A DNA stretch of 57,322 nt, counting the filler, from Sphacelaria rigidula (Eukaryota): assembly GCA_964200075.2 (NCBI GenBank). It is 5 parts of 5 records of this genome, joined end to end, with 100 filler letters (N's around TTAATTAATTAA, not from the genome) between each part and the next. Parts side by side here need not be neighbours in the genome. Positions count along the whole stretch, not along the records: positions 22,971 to 34,354 come from CAXNAA020004982.1; positions 34,455 to 45,838 come from CAXNAA020004983.1; 3 more parts are not named here. One strand, 5' to 3'. Below are positions 22,871 through 35,632 of the stretch, piece after piece. A program made the position numbers and the translations under genes. Under the pieces are notes generated by a model. The model saw only the letters and a program-made list of their open reading frames with translations. It searched no databases and was not told the DNA's origin. How positions within the stretch are numbered: position 1 is the first letter of the stretch; the number at the start of each line of letters is the position of its first letter.

Positions 22871-22970
22871 NNNNNNNNNNNNNNNNNNNNNNNNNNNNNN
22901 NNNNNNNNNNNNNNTTAATTAATTAANNNNNNNNNNNNNNNNNNNNNNNNNNNNNNNNNNNNNNNNNNNN
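22871..22970. other. Artificial contig spacer
   Basis: Same N44-TTAATTAATTAA-N44 linker. Confidence 0.97.
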
Positions 22971-24769
22971 CTCGCCGAACACACCACGGCGCTTTGCGCT
23001 TGGTGATAGAGTGCGGGCCTGGCCCGGCGAAAATCCGGCGTGGTCCGTCCCGGTTTTGTAGGGAAGCGAGGTCAATGGTCTTATGACTGTGGCATGGATA
23101 ATCATGAGTACACTCCACCGCCCCCCTCCCAACAGCCCGTCCAACTGGCGGCCAACTGACGACTGGATGGCAAGAGGATCAACCAATCCTAGAGCCTGAA
23201 GTCATTTGCTCCGAGAATTTGGCATCGACGATTGGCCATGTTTTGGAGGATGGCAATCGTGTCGGCGTTGATGACCGCTATTAGAGCAGGCCACGTGCAC
23301 GTTAACATTCATGTCTCGATTTTCTTTCTTTATTTTCGGTCAATGAGATTGCGGCAACCTAGGACTTGGTGGTATTTTTATTGTGTATTTTGACATTACT
23401 TAGTCTTAGCTAGGCTTGTCAGGGACGAAGTCTTGGCACGATAGCTGCACCCGGTACAATTCTGTACATGCCATACGACGTGACCCAGGGGCACGATCAT
23501 CGGCCATGATCATACACAAGCATCAGTATGTGCTGCTTGCTGGTCATGGTTATACACCAAACCCCCCTGTTTGCACGTTCATCTCTTCCACTCAACACAA
23601 CTATTACCAACTTCCCAAGAACAGGCGGTCATCTGCTGACTGCGCACGTGAAGGATTAACCTCTCGACCGCCAGAGTAGGTCATCTGGGTCTTCAAGTCA
23701 TATTTCAATTGAAAATAATGCCGACTTCACAATCCCGTGGTGGTGAATAGGGCAAGTTTTCCGAGCCCGGTCTACTTGAGAAGCAAGAACCCGCATTCCC
23801 ACAAGATGCTGTTTATAAAAACAATTCTTGATGGAATAGATCTAATCAATCAAGTCACATGGGCCTCCGCAGTTTTCCAAAAGATCGAGGTTTGAAAAAA
23901 CTAATTACAGGGGGTGCTATACATCGTCACCTGGTATGCTGTGTAACACGGGATGTTATGACTGCACCGACGGTTGTGTCCTCTACTGTAGCGTAGCGTA
24001 GAACTACGACACCTAATGACTTTTTCGTTTCATTGACAGAAATGTCAACAACTGTAAACCTGAAATTGAAGTACAGCACAGCATAGTACACAGGGCACTG
24101 AAGTACCGTGAACGCAGCCTGCAGCCTATGCAGCCGCACACCCAACCAAGATCACAGGACTGAAGGAAACGCAACAGTAGTCACTTGACTCGGTTTTTGT
24201 GGCTTGCAAAAGCTGGCAAGATACACGAGAGAGCTAGCAGTACCACACTGTCCTGTCCTGCCCTATTGCACTGCAGGGCAGCATATACCTCACAGCAGAG
24301 TGAATCGTATGCAGCGACAACCAAGCAGAAGTCAAGCGTGAGCTGTCAGCTCGGACAGCACAGCACACAGCGCATCATCTACCCCCAAGATCTCACCCCT
24401 CGAAACAGCTCGTGGCTGAGTCCCATAGCCTGGAAGCTCCCAATCTTGGGCTTGGCCGCCTGCTTCATGCTACCACTACTGCTCTTACCTCTAACCCCTC
24501 CAACTAATCTTTTACTCATGCCACCATCCTCCATGGCTGCACCGCCTTTCATCAAGCGCCCTTGTTGCTGGACAAGTACGCCTCAACTTGCCAGAGAGAG
24601 AGTGTGCGGTGGAAAACGTACATATTCAATTATGGTCGTACTTCTTCCTTTCGCATATGCTATTGCCATGCAATAGTTTCCTCCAGGGCGCTGGTCAGCG
24701 CCACAGCAGCTGTTGCAGCAGCACGTGAGGCAACGACAGAGAAGTTTGGTACTCTGAGCTATTGCATCT

Positions 24770-27700
24770 ATGCATCGTGCCCAGCATTCGATCGTCCGGC
24801 TGGGTTCCACGCCAGTAGCGCGTCGGGGTTTGAGCCCGTCAGCATGCTTCGGACGCTCAGGTAGCAAAGGAGCAGTGACCAGCACAGCGCAGCGGCGTGC
24901 TTCGACAAGACGACATGCTAGTGCTGTTGCTGGAGGGTATGGGCGCCGTGAGGAGGGTCTGGCAGGTTCGACGGGTGAACTTGTTTGTGGTGTAGATATA
25001 TCGGTGTCGTCGACAAACCGGTGGTCCACTACTTCGTCCTTCCAGTCTCAGGTGCGCGCAACGCAAAATATCAAAATTCAATTTGCCCCTGTACTGACGG
25101 TACTGTACCGTACTGTACAACAGTACTGTTGTTGTGATGTTTTGACTGTACCCTACTCTTACTGTACCGCACGTGATGCTTCAGCGGTAGACGATAGCGT
25201 TCGCACCAGTGCTGGTCGCGTCTACCCTACTACATTGTACTGCCTCTACTGACAGACCATAAAATGCTGACCTACTGTACAGTATAATTAGAGCAGTATC
25301 GCAGGAGCACGTGAAGTCATTGTGAAGCCCATCCTATTGCCTGATTTATCGGTGTTGAAGAGAAGGAGATCTACTTATTTTGCCCGTGACCAGGGCACGG
25401 GCAGGGATTGAGGGGCGCAGTGCATGATGTCATGATGTCCTCTGAAATATGTCCCATGTCTACTCAAATGTTGAGTCAGCGGGATGCTCTGCAGTTCGTG
25501 GACTGTTTGCACAGATGTGGGCACTTGGGGCTTCGCAAAATTACAATGCCACATCTTGTAGTGTCGTCTTGCGGAGCTTATCATTGTGCCGCTGCGACTG
25601 TCGCTTTGGCCCCGGCAGAGACTTTTTTTTTTTTTCAACTAGTACGTGGCAGCTCGCTTACGATACTTTGAGACAGGCACCTAGCTTTTGCAGCATGTTC
25701 AGGACCCCGTAGCTGTCAACTTGGGGACGCTCGAAATATGTACAGCAGCCTCTTGGTGGCTTTGTTTTCAAGCGGGACCGGTATCTTCGGCATTTGGAAA
25801 ATATTTTTTCCCATGCTATACTCGCTTCATGTGTCGGAGCATTGCGAATCTCGAATCCCAATTCAAACCAACTCATGGAGTCGAAGCGGTGGCCACACCT
25901 TGGTTACGATCCCACAGCTTGAGTGCTGCCGCGCATCGCAGCATCCGCATACTGCCCGAGCATGACGACGCTTTACACTTTCGCGATGCCTTCAAATCAG
26001 TCAGCCCCACTCCCATGCCTCAAAAGTTGTGCCCAACAGTACACATGCAGCACAAGAACATACAGCCCTCGCCCTCTATTATCGCACAGCCGGTGGAAGC
26101 CACAGAGGCAGCATCTTCAACGGAAACACCCTCAGCAACGGAGCTGGAAACAGCACCCATACCGCCTATCAACGGCTCGCAGGCTACACCGCTATCAACG
26201 TCGTTGTTGGTAGATACCAGCGCCGGAACTAGTCTCAACTCTCGGCCGCGACCGCCTCAGCCGCCGCCGCCACGGCACCAATATCAGCGACGCCATCAGA
26301 CGCCATACCAACGAAGAGAGCACACTCAGCACCTGAAGCAGCTACGAAAAGAGGAAGCGGGGGCAGCGGCCGCGGCCGCGCGACGCAAGTCAGGGCTGCT
26401 GAACGAGAGCTCGCAGGCACCACCGCTGTTGATAACTCAAATCGCCGGTCGCCAGGTCCCCGCCACCACCCGAGAGGCCGTCGCGATCAATTTGGAGGCC
26501 CGTCAGAAGATCGAAAACCCACCGCGGCAGCAACGGCAACAACAAGCAAAGCTAAAGCGGAAGCAGAAGCTGCAGTCGCCCCAGACCTGCCACGAGGAAT
26601 CCCCGCCGTCCCCGCCGACACCGGCATTCCGCTTTGTCACCGAGGCACACAAGCAGCAGCTGGGAAGGGCCGGTGGCAAGAGGGGGCAGCGGGAGCAGGC
26701 CAATGGTGGCGGTGTCTCAGATAGTGTTGTTCATGCTGATATTGATCTTGCTGCTGCTGCTTCTGCAGGAGTGGTAGGGGTTCCCGCGTGGGGTATGGTG
26801 GACGGGGGCGATGCGGTCCCGCGAAAGGCGGCCGGGCTAACCAGCGGCTGTTCTTCCGGTGCTGGTGTTCCTGATGCTGGTGCTGGCCCTGATGTTGCCA
26901 AAGCGGCGATACGGCCCGCGTGGGAGGTGGTGGAGAGCGGCGACGTGGAGGCGGCGGCCGGTCGGGGGCGAAGAAAGCCGCTGTTTTTCTTAAAGCCGAC
27001 TGCGCCCGCAATGACGAAAATGCCGCCGCCGAGGTTAGACTTCAACGAGCAGATTGAGCTGTTCACAAAGAAGCGGCAACTACTCGACGTGGCAAACGTT
27101 TGGGAGGTCAGTCAGTCAGTTCGTCAGTCAAGCAGACAGGCAGGCCTGCCAGATATGAAGTGTGGCGTACTTGTGTACACCTACATATAGTTTCGTTTCC
27201 CCCGAGATTCGTTTATTTTTGGTAAACATAACACCGTGTGTACGAAGGCTGGTCTAACATTCGCATGAGGGTTGTAGATTTCCTGTTCGTGGCACTTTTT
27301 TTCGGAAACAGCGACGACAGATTCCATGAGTTAATGTGGGGGCCCCAGCAACCATTTCGTGCCCGGGCTACAAAGGTTATTCCCCATAATTTGTTTTACT
27401 AGCATAAATAGTGGTGTGCGAGATGCCAACTGATTCCATCGTGAGGTTTACAATGTTGCAACATTCACACGGCAGTGTAACATTAGCGATATGGCAGTGT
27501 AGCAAGATGAAAATAGGGCACTCGACAAAAACGGGTTTACCCACCCTTTTTCAGCCAAGAAGTGGGTACAGGTGAACACGAAAGTTGGGTGCCCGTGCTA
27601 GGCTGAAAAAGGGTTGGGTACACACATTTTTTTGTACTGCCCGTTGGTAGTACATATAATATATAAGCAACAACCGATGAATTACCCCCTCTCCTTCTAC

Positions 27701-30700
27701 GCGTATGCACACCCCCACGCCTCTCTTGGAACGCTCATTTTCAGGATATCGTGCGAGACGAGGAGCAGGGGAAGGAAGTGACCCTCTCACAACGCAGCTA
27801 TCGGAATCTCATGAGGGCGCTGGTTGACAGCGTGAGTAAGAAACGTCAAGAAAACGATAATCCCTTATCGCCTGTATTATCTTGTTGCATTGGGTGTGTG
27901 AGTGATTTTTTTCTCACGAGTCTTTTCATGTCTGGTAAGATATGTATGTTGTATGCGGAGGATATATATATATATATATATATATACAGGCTGGGCCTGT
28001 TAAGACGCGAATTTGTGCTTCGCAGACCCCGTCTCACCTCAATTTTGCGAGTTAGACTTCGAAATTTCGTACGGAGGAAGAATAGGGCATGCCAAAACGC
28101 TGTCGCTCGAGACGCAGATTTTTTTTTCGTGAGTTGAAGGCAATAATCAGTATCTAGATATCAGGAAAATACCGTTAACTCACGTAGAGAAAAAAAAGTT
28201 TGCTTCCCAAGTCTTCCTTCGTACCAAATTTCGTAGTTTAAGTCGCAAAATTGAGGTGAGACGGGGTAATTTTAAAAGCGGGCCGGGCGAAATTCGGAAC
28301 AGTACGTTTCCAGGCCGTTTACCGGCCCAGGTTTTGGTACTTATGCCTTGAATCTTTGTGTGGGACCTCGCTAGGTCATAACTTGCTTAGAACCCTCTAT
28401 CACAGTAAAAACCATGTTTTCACGAAAAGGCCCGTACCTCTCCAAGAAAAGAAAAGGGCCTTTTTTTTTTTCGGCATACCTTTGCAACTCTCCATGATGA
28501 GTTTCAAATCTTGATTGTTAAAATTACGCTGAAGAGCTGACATGAGGTCCGAGAGCATTGTCCATTTTCCCTTAGACTTCCCGTAAAAAACAAAAACAAA
28601 ATGAATAAAAATAGAGAAAAACGAGAAACGATGATTTTTTCTTCATTATGTAGTACGAGCTGGGTCAGCCACCAATGGGTGGTCTTCTCGCTCAGGCGAC
28701 GCACGCACGGCGTGATGTTAGGAGTTGGATGCTGAAATTTTGACAGCAGCTTTTTATGATCGGCATGCAGAACATCAAGTGAGCAGCAAAGAAAAAAGAA
28801 ACAAGAAGTTACAGGGATTTAAAATTTCAGCAAAAAGTGAGAATCTGCAGCTGTTCACGAAACGTATCATTTCCTTGGGTGCAGAAGGTCTTGGTGAAAT
28901 TTTAGCTAAGAGTCGTAGAATTGGGCCGTGCGTGCGACGTTTTGCGTGACGCTGCTGCACCTCACCATTACCCATTGCGGGGTGATTTGACGTGAACCCA
29001 CCGCATTAAACAAAAACAAAAAAAACACTCCGACACGCCACCCCTCAATGATGTGAGGCGCACCCCGTACTCTATGCCGTACAATAACGTCATCGGCAAT
29101 ACGACGCCAATCGAACAGCGACGCAGGCCTTTCTTATCAGGTGGGTCTGCAGGTCACAGTGATGCAGTTACATCGGGTTGATTCGGGGAACTGGGAAAGC
29201 TGTGGTGTGAGCAACTTTGAGCCGCTTTTAACCCTTAGACCGCGAGATTCGTCTTTCTGGACCATGCATACTTTTTTTCATTCGAAATTGATGCCGATTC
29301 AACAGAAGACTTACCTCGCGGTCTAAGGGTTAAGCTGACCCAGCTTGTGGCGATTCTCCAAAGGAAATTTCAAAGCACAACTCTCAAAAACTGAGACACA
29401 ATATCATAGATTTAGTGCATCAAGTGGATGGGTAATGACCCCTCTTTTGTCATCCCTTTTCCTTTTTCCCATGTTCCCCGTCATGTCGATTTTTCGTCTA
29501 GTGAGTGTTTCTTTTCATCCATGTGTGCGGTGCCTATCTTTTGACACCGACTGTTATTCGAGGCGGATCAGCTGATGCTGAGATGACTTGATAGCCAAGT
29601 CAATACATGGCAAAACCGGTAGACAGGCGAGGTAGTAGGTGGTAGGTGGGTGGGGTTACGATGGGCAATGTCAGAACGTGTCACACCCTGGATGAATATG
29701 TTCGATAGTTGCATACACCAAAAATACACTGCGTAAAGTACAGGCTTATTACAACTTTTGTCGGCCGCACAATATTTGCAATAGGCCTGTACTGTACGCA
29801 CTATATGTTTTTTGCCAACTGCAACTATTGACCATATATGGTCATTGTCCGGGGTGTGGAACCTACTGAAAAAGTGAACTGAATTGAAAGCACGTGCACG
29901 AGAAAGAGGGAGAGAGAGAATTTTACGGACTATCTGCCACGAAATTTGAGAGACGCGTACTGCTTACGTTTCTTGTAGAGGAATGACCGGTAATCATCCC
30001 GATATATCGGCAATTGGTATCTGTGTTCGCTCAGTGCACGACCCTCACACCAACAGTCTCTGTCTGTTTCCTCGGCCGTCCTTATCCTCTCGCTTCTTCC
30101 CAATATATGTATTATGTTATACACCTGCGCATCTTGTAAAGAGACTGGTCACGCACCACACAGCATATTCACCGCGCGAAGACACCTGAAATTCCTTCCT
30201 TCTCTCGCTTTTTTTTTTCCCCACCCCATCCCAACCCCTTTCCCCGACTGGGGTAATTAAGCATGCAGAGTGAATACATATTGAGGTCAATTGTCCTTTT
30301 TTTTTTTTGCTTCTCTTGTCAATCATCTGGCGGACTTACAAACTCGCCGACAGAGCGACATCATGGTGGTGAGGAGATCGAAAGAGGTGTACGACCACAT
30401 GAACAAGCGCCGGGTGGAGCCTGACACGCAGACGTACCAAGACTACATGAGGGTAAGCCGCGAGTTTCATCTGCGAAAGCGTGTACTGTACCTTTTTCGG
30501 TTCGCTGCAGGCGCCGGACCTCGTTTTCACAACAATATCGACGGCCGTGACTTGTACGCCGTATATTATCCCGATACCGTGCGAGTATCACAGCTCACCC
30601 TACCCCGTGATCCCTATCGCACGTTCCACTTGCAGGGGCTTATCGGCGAACGGTAGTGCTGTATTTGGCCACCCTGCAAATATTAGTAGGCTTACGGAGA

Positions 30701-33293
30701 TGCTAGCTACATCAGCAGGGCAACGGGATATTTTTTTTGTACCGGAAAGCAATTCTTCTGATTGTTGTGATTTTTCGCCTTCTAGATGAACGATAGCAGT
30801 GCTGGTGTATGGGTCAGACTACGAGTATCTTGTACACTGTATTCGCTACCGTGTGTGCCCCCCTTCCCCTCCCGTAGTACTATTGATGAAGACGAACACG
30901 CACACATGGCGCGTTTGCCGTTTCTCGATACGTTACATCTCGTGCGCGTGCGTGAGTGCGTGCGTGCTTTCAAGGTTTTGGTCCATCACAGGCAGTGAGG
31001 TACTGTAGGTCATGACCCTTGAACCACCAGGGGTGGGTCATCGGGATTCTACATCAGGTTTTCATGTAAGAATGATGCCCATTCCGACACGTCACCTACC
31101 TACCCTGGCTTTTTCTCTCTTCGCATGTTTTCCGTTGTGTGCGAGTGTTACACGCACAACACACACACGCACACACACATGGAGATGCAAGCGGTATATG
31201 CGTCAGTTGTACCTCATTTCCGTTTCGGAACAATTTTCGGTGAGGCCGCATGGGGGAGGAGGGCAAGGTGCTTGCGGGTGCTCTTGATTATATTCAACGT
31301 TGAAACTGTTATACGAGGCTCTTGCAAAGCTCTCGTTGCGGTGACGTGTCTTGAACATGTGAAGAACCTTTCGAAAAATTGGTTCGCCGAGCCCTCAAAT
31401 GTATCGTGAAAAATTGTGGAGCAAAAAGAAGGTTCATCTGAAAATGACTGTCACATACTTAACACTACTATTAAATATTACCGTTTTTTTATCGGCATGA
31501 GCCCCGGCCCGGCCGCGATAGGAGAGGATTGACTAGCGTGCTCTTGCTGTCGTTACGCTTTCGTTGCGACCATGGTCCTGGTTTTTTTCCTTTGTCTTTT
31601 ACTTTTTCTGTTTTTTTTCACCATCACTTTCCCCCCCCCTTTTTTGCTCTTCTGTTTGTTTTTCTTGTTTTGGGTTTGTGTGTGCATGCCCTGCTTGCGT
31701 CTGTGCCCGACTTCCTTTGTTCCCTCTGTGTGTTTAAGTGTGTGGGGGTGTGTCCTATTTCTGTGCTATTGTGTCATCGGCTCATCTGTTTATTTTTTTT
31801 TATTTTTCCTGTTTTTTGGCGACTTTTTTTTTTCTTGTGCAGGCGTGCCAAGTGACGGGGATGGGCAGGCGTGCGGTAGACGTCATGAACCGACTGAACA
31901 GCTCCCTCACGGACAACAAGGTCAGTATCATTTAAAGACATTTTGTGAAGAAATTCGCGTACACATGTAAAATTATGTACATATGATCGATTGACTAATT
32001 GATTGATTCGCGCTTTAACTGACCCCCCAGGGATCCAGCCGTGGTCACGTGATAGCCATATATATATATTTATGCTATACCCTCCCATTCCCCCCTCGCC
32101 AAGAGAACATTCCGCTCCTAGCTTGCCAAATCAGTTGGCCATCATGTGTCGAACTGGGCAGGAGGGTGTATCTTTTGGAACAAAATCGCTGGCCGACAGT
32201 ACGGCCGATTAGTTGTTGAACAAGAGGAAGGGGGGGGTGTAATCACGATCTTGCATGCCGTTAGTCAGAAGGCCATTGACCTCGCATCTCTAGACATCCG
32301 GGACGGAGCACACGGGATTTTCGACGGACTAGGGGGTACCCATGATCTTGCATGCCATAGTCATGTGACCATTGACCTCGCATCCCTACAAGGCCGGGAC
32401 GGAGCATGCCTGCTTTTGGCCGGACCAGGCTCGCAATCAATCACCAAGCGCGAAGCGCCGTGCTGTGTTCGGCGAGTCGCATGACGAGTCAGCTACATCT
32501 TGCTAATATTGTTCGGCCCGAAGCCTACTGATTATCCTGCATTTGTATGACAGCCTCGAATGAGTTGCTTCTTTTTCTGGTATGGCCACTTCCAGGGACA
32601 GCCACGGCTTACACGCTGCCTCATGGGTGTCTCACCATTTGAACACTACCTAGTATGATCATCCCCTGTGCGACTTCAACGTACAAAATTTTACACATGT
32701 GCATGTCAGTTTTGTGCCAAAGCTTCACCATGGCTGCATCGACTCCCTCTCCCAGGAGACTGCGGTGTAATGCTGGTTATTTAACTACGGTCGTACTGTA
32801 CCTGCCCTTGTCCTCTAGGTAAAGGGGCGCGCCGGGGGGGGTAGGTACAAGATAATCTCAACACCACCCCAAGTAAGAAAAAAAAAGAATGTGGAAATCC
32901 GAAAAGAGAAAAAGTAGTGCTGTTGCACACACCCGGTCTGAAAAATGATCCGCGTCGTGTTTTGTGCTTCTTGAGTCATACTGATATTCAGGTTGTACCC
33001 CTAACGTCAAGTCTCGATTCTCCCTAATTTTTCTTCTCTCTTTTCCTCAACCCCCCACTTCCATGTGTGTGGGCATGTTTTATGTCTATCCTTGTGCTTG
33101 TCTCGTGTGTGTGTTCCCCCCCGTTTGTTTTCAGCCGTTCCGACCATCGAGCGTGTTCATGTACAACCTCCTGCTCGCCGCGAGCAAAGAAGGCTTGGTG
33201 GAGGATGTCAAGTCTTTTTACGACCTGTCGAAGACCCTGGGCATCCCGCCAAATGCCAAAGTCCTGAACTCCCTTCTTCAACTCTTCACGGAG
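24770..33293 (+). CDS. Pentatricopeptide repeat (PPR) protein, probably mitochondrial; 5' part, gene runs off the contig
   Basis: Exons 24770-25051 (R/S/A-rich transit-peptide-like start), ~25694-27106 (acceptor uncertain), 27745-27831, 30354-30452, 31843-31920, 33135-33293, with GT-AG boundaries that join in frame. PPR-like helices: KEVYDHMNKRRVEPDTQTYQDYMRACQVTGMGRRAVDVM and MYNLLLAASKEGLVEDVKSFYDLSKTLGIPPNAKVLNSLL. Confidence 0.8.
28027..28268. repeat. Inverted repeat (MITE-like) next to a (TA)n tract in a PPR intron
   Basis: CCCCGTCTCACCTCAATTTTGCGA..CGAAATTTCGTACGGAGGAAGA versus TCTTCCTTCGTACCAAATTTCG..TCGCAAAATTGAGGTGAGACGGGG. Confidence 0.75.
28918..29222 (+). repeat. Dispersed repeat shared with 54135-54400
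   Basis: GGCCGTGCGTGC..GCGTGACGCTGCTGCACC..CACTCCGACACGCCA..TGAGGCGCAC..CAATACGACGCCAATC occurs in both contigs 3 and 5. Confidence 0.8.
29232..29329. mobile_element. 98-bp piggyBac-type MITE
   Basis: TTAA-CCCTTAGACCGCGAG ... CTCGCGGTCTAAGGG-TTAA: perfect 15-bp TIR, CCC/GGG ends, TTAA target duplication. Confidence 0.85.
29682..29858. mobile_element. Short MITE with related CACAC ends
   Basis: CACACCCTGGATGAATATG..ATAGTTGCA ... TGCAACTATTGACCATATATGGTCATTGTCCGGGGTGTG; a related sequence lies at about 6810-6963. Confidence 0.6.
32230..32666 (-). mobile_element. Same ~335-bp dispersed repeat: full copy (32332-32666) plus adjacent partial copy
   Basis: CATGATCTTGCATGCCATAGTCATGTGACCATTGACCTCGCATCCCTACAA..., reverse-complement match to 9721-10057. 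Confidence 0.85.
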
Positions 33294-34354
33294 GTAAAAG
33301 AGAAACGGTCGGGGGGCCATGGGTGGGGGGTGTACCCATGATCTTGCATCCTCTGGTCATGAGACCGGTGACCTCGCATCCCTACAAAGACGGGACGAAT
33401 GAGAACGAGACCACTCGCTTCACGCTTGATGAAAAGCAGAATGTACCCCCAACCCATCGCCATGTTCCATCTTGAAGAAAACTTGTTTTGGTGCTGGTTT
33501 GATAAATGTGATCGTCGCACATGAACTGATCGTCCCCAAGTAAGGGGCTCAGCTGTAGTCACGAGATGCATGTACCGCAAGTGAACAAGAGAGTAACGCT
33601 CGTGAAAGATGAACGATTGGAGCGGAGGGGAGGGGGGGGGGGGGGGGGGGGGGCGGGAAACAAAACATGGAACAAACAGTAGGGGTACTGTTGACTCAAG
33701 AACAAGAGCGAGAGTATAGGTAAAGGCAAAAGCAAGCAGCAAGGGAGTTGAAAGATGCGGACCATCACCTTCGGATCTTCAGGGAGAGGGGAACGGGGGG
33801 CAGTCCTACGTGCTCGTCAGCGTGTCCAGCGCACGTTCCTGCCATCATCGGCGCCACAGGCGGCGATTCGAGCTCTGCCAACGCCCTCTTCGCCTATTAT
33901 AGAGCACCCCTCTGCATCCTACTTGCCTCAAGGTTGTCGGTATGCCTTCGGTGAGGGTTGGGGTTAGGGTGACAGTTACAGTTTCGATGAGGACGAGTGT
34001 CGCTTCAGGATCATCCGAGAAAATTTGACCACGTGTTGGGGTGAAGCGACTATTCCCCAATGCAGTAGAACTAGTATCGCCACTAACTTCACACGTCGGA
34101 CGGGTCACTACTCGTCGAAACGAGTGCACTCGTGGATGTTTCTTGAAAACACAACGACCATGACTCATGACTCGTGTGCTCGAGTCACTTTTTTTTCAAT
34201 TTCACAACGAGCAGTGACTCGTGTGCTCGAGTCATTCATTTTCCCACAACGAGCAATGACTCGAGTGCTCGTTTTATAATTGTACTATAGTAGTCAGCGT
34301 CAGAAGTTTTCAGAATTCGTAGTCGTCCTTTTTTCTGAGTTTTTCTGGAGTAAC

Positions 34355-34454
34355 NNNNNNNNNNNNNNNNNNNNNNNNNNNNNNNNNNNNNNNNNNNNTT
34401 AATTAATTAANNNNNNNNNNNNNNNNNNNNNNNNNNNNNNNNNNNNNNNNNNNN
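34355..34454. other. Artificial contig spacer
   Basis: Same N44-TTAATTAATTAA-N44 linker. Confidence 0.97.
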
Positions 34455-34544
34455 ACCAAATTTCAGGGCCCAACTCTAAATGTATAAAAGAGCACGGGCC
34501 TGCAAACTTCAAATCCGCCTCTAGGCTGGCCGAAATATTTACCT

Positions 34545-35632
34545 ACAAACTCTGCTCCAGTGCACTGTAAGTTGACATCGCTAGAAGGACACTACCATAA
34601 CCACCTTGCCGGCTGCCAGACTGTCAGATTCTCAGGGCGTAGGATCCGCTAGCACTGCTACTGTCCGTACTGGGGTGTTGCCCCCTTGTCAGGTACGTTT
34701 CGAACACGGGATCTTACATATTGGGGATGGATCTTTTATTGGGGATGAGAAACCCGGAGAATTAAAATCTTCGTATCCACAGTACATCTTCGAAACATGG
34801 TTCCGTTTCTTCACCTACTGATAGCCATTGACAACTGCTACACACCATACAAATTTGGATTTCGATCACCGACATGTTGAGGTCCTTAGTGAAAAAACAA
34901 ATTTGGGGAATTTCGGGTGTCCGAATGGACGCCAAAATGGTTCCGAGGTTATTTTTTTTGCCTAGTATCTCAACTTTTCGGTGATCGAAACTCAAATTTC
35001 TATGGCGTGCGGCAGTTGTCAATAGCTATCAGTAGGTGAATGAATGAAACCATATTTTGAAGATTTGATTTGGATACGAAGATTTTAATTCCCGGGGTTC
35101 CTCATCCCCAATTTGTAAGATCCCGTGTTTTTGGAGCATGATACTAGATCATCGTTCCTTGTACATGGGCACCAAACGCTGGGGGTTCTCACTCAAGCCT
35201 TCGATTTGGAGGATCATACTAGGTCGGCAGCCGCAACTCCTGTGTATCCAGGTGCCCCTTGGAGCAGGATGCGTTTTGTGTCTGTTTATCCCCCAAAAAC
35301 CGAGATCGATAGGGGTTTTAGAGTGGAAAAATCTAGCAAAAAAAGTGTTGCAAGAATCCGATCGCAAGAATCTTGGCGGCGCAAAAACGGAGTCGGAAAC
35401 AAACAGTGGATCGAATTTTTACCCGCAGCAGAAACCAACAAGAATCCGATCGCAAGAATCTTGACGCAAAAACGGAGTCGCAAACAAACAGTGGATCGAA
35501 TTTTTACTCGCAGCAGAAACCAACAAGAATCCGATCACAAGAATCTTGACGCAAAATCGGAGCCGCAAAAAAACAGTTAGTCGAATTTTTACCCGCAGCA
35601 GAAACCAACTTCACTTTGTGAAATTGGAATTG
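34545..35632 (+). repeat. Second copy of the contig-1 repeat, carrying a nested foldback insertion and a 3-unit minisatellite
   Basis: Colinear with 1135-1652 except for the insertion at 34703-35129 and the triplicated ~87-bp unit at about 35352-35610. Confidence 0.9.
34703..35129. mobile_element. 427-bp foldback MITE with long terminal inverted repeats and a probable 4-bp TSD
   Basis: AACACGGGATCTTACA...TGTAAGATCCCGTGTT ends; inverted similarity extends over most of each half; flanks TTCG / TTTG; absent from the paralogous site at about 1295-1302. Confidence 0.85.

Noticed and set aside
25688-27190. Stand-alone 500-aa gene
   Set aside because: It starts at a non-ATG codon and has a donor at 27107 that joins in frame to the downstream PPR exons; treated as a large internal exon.
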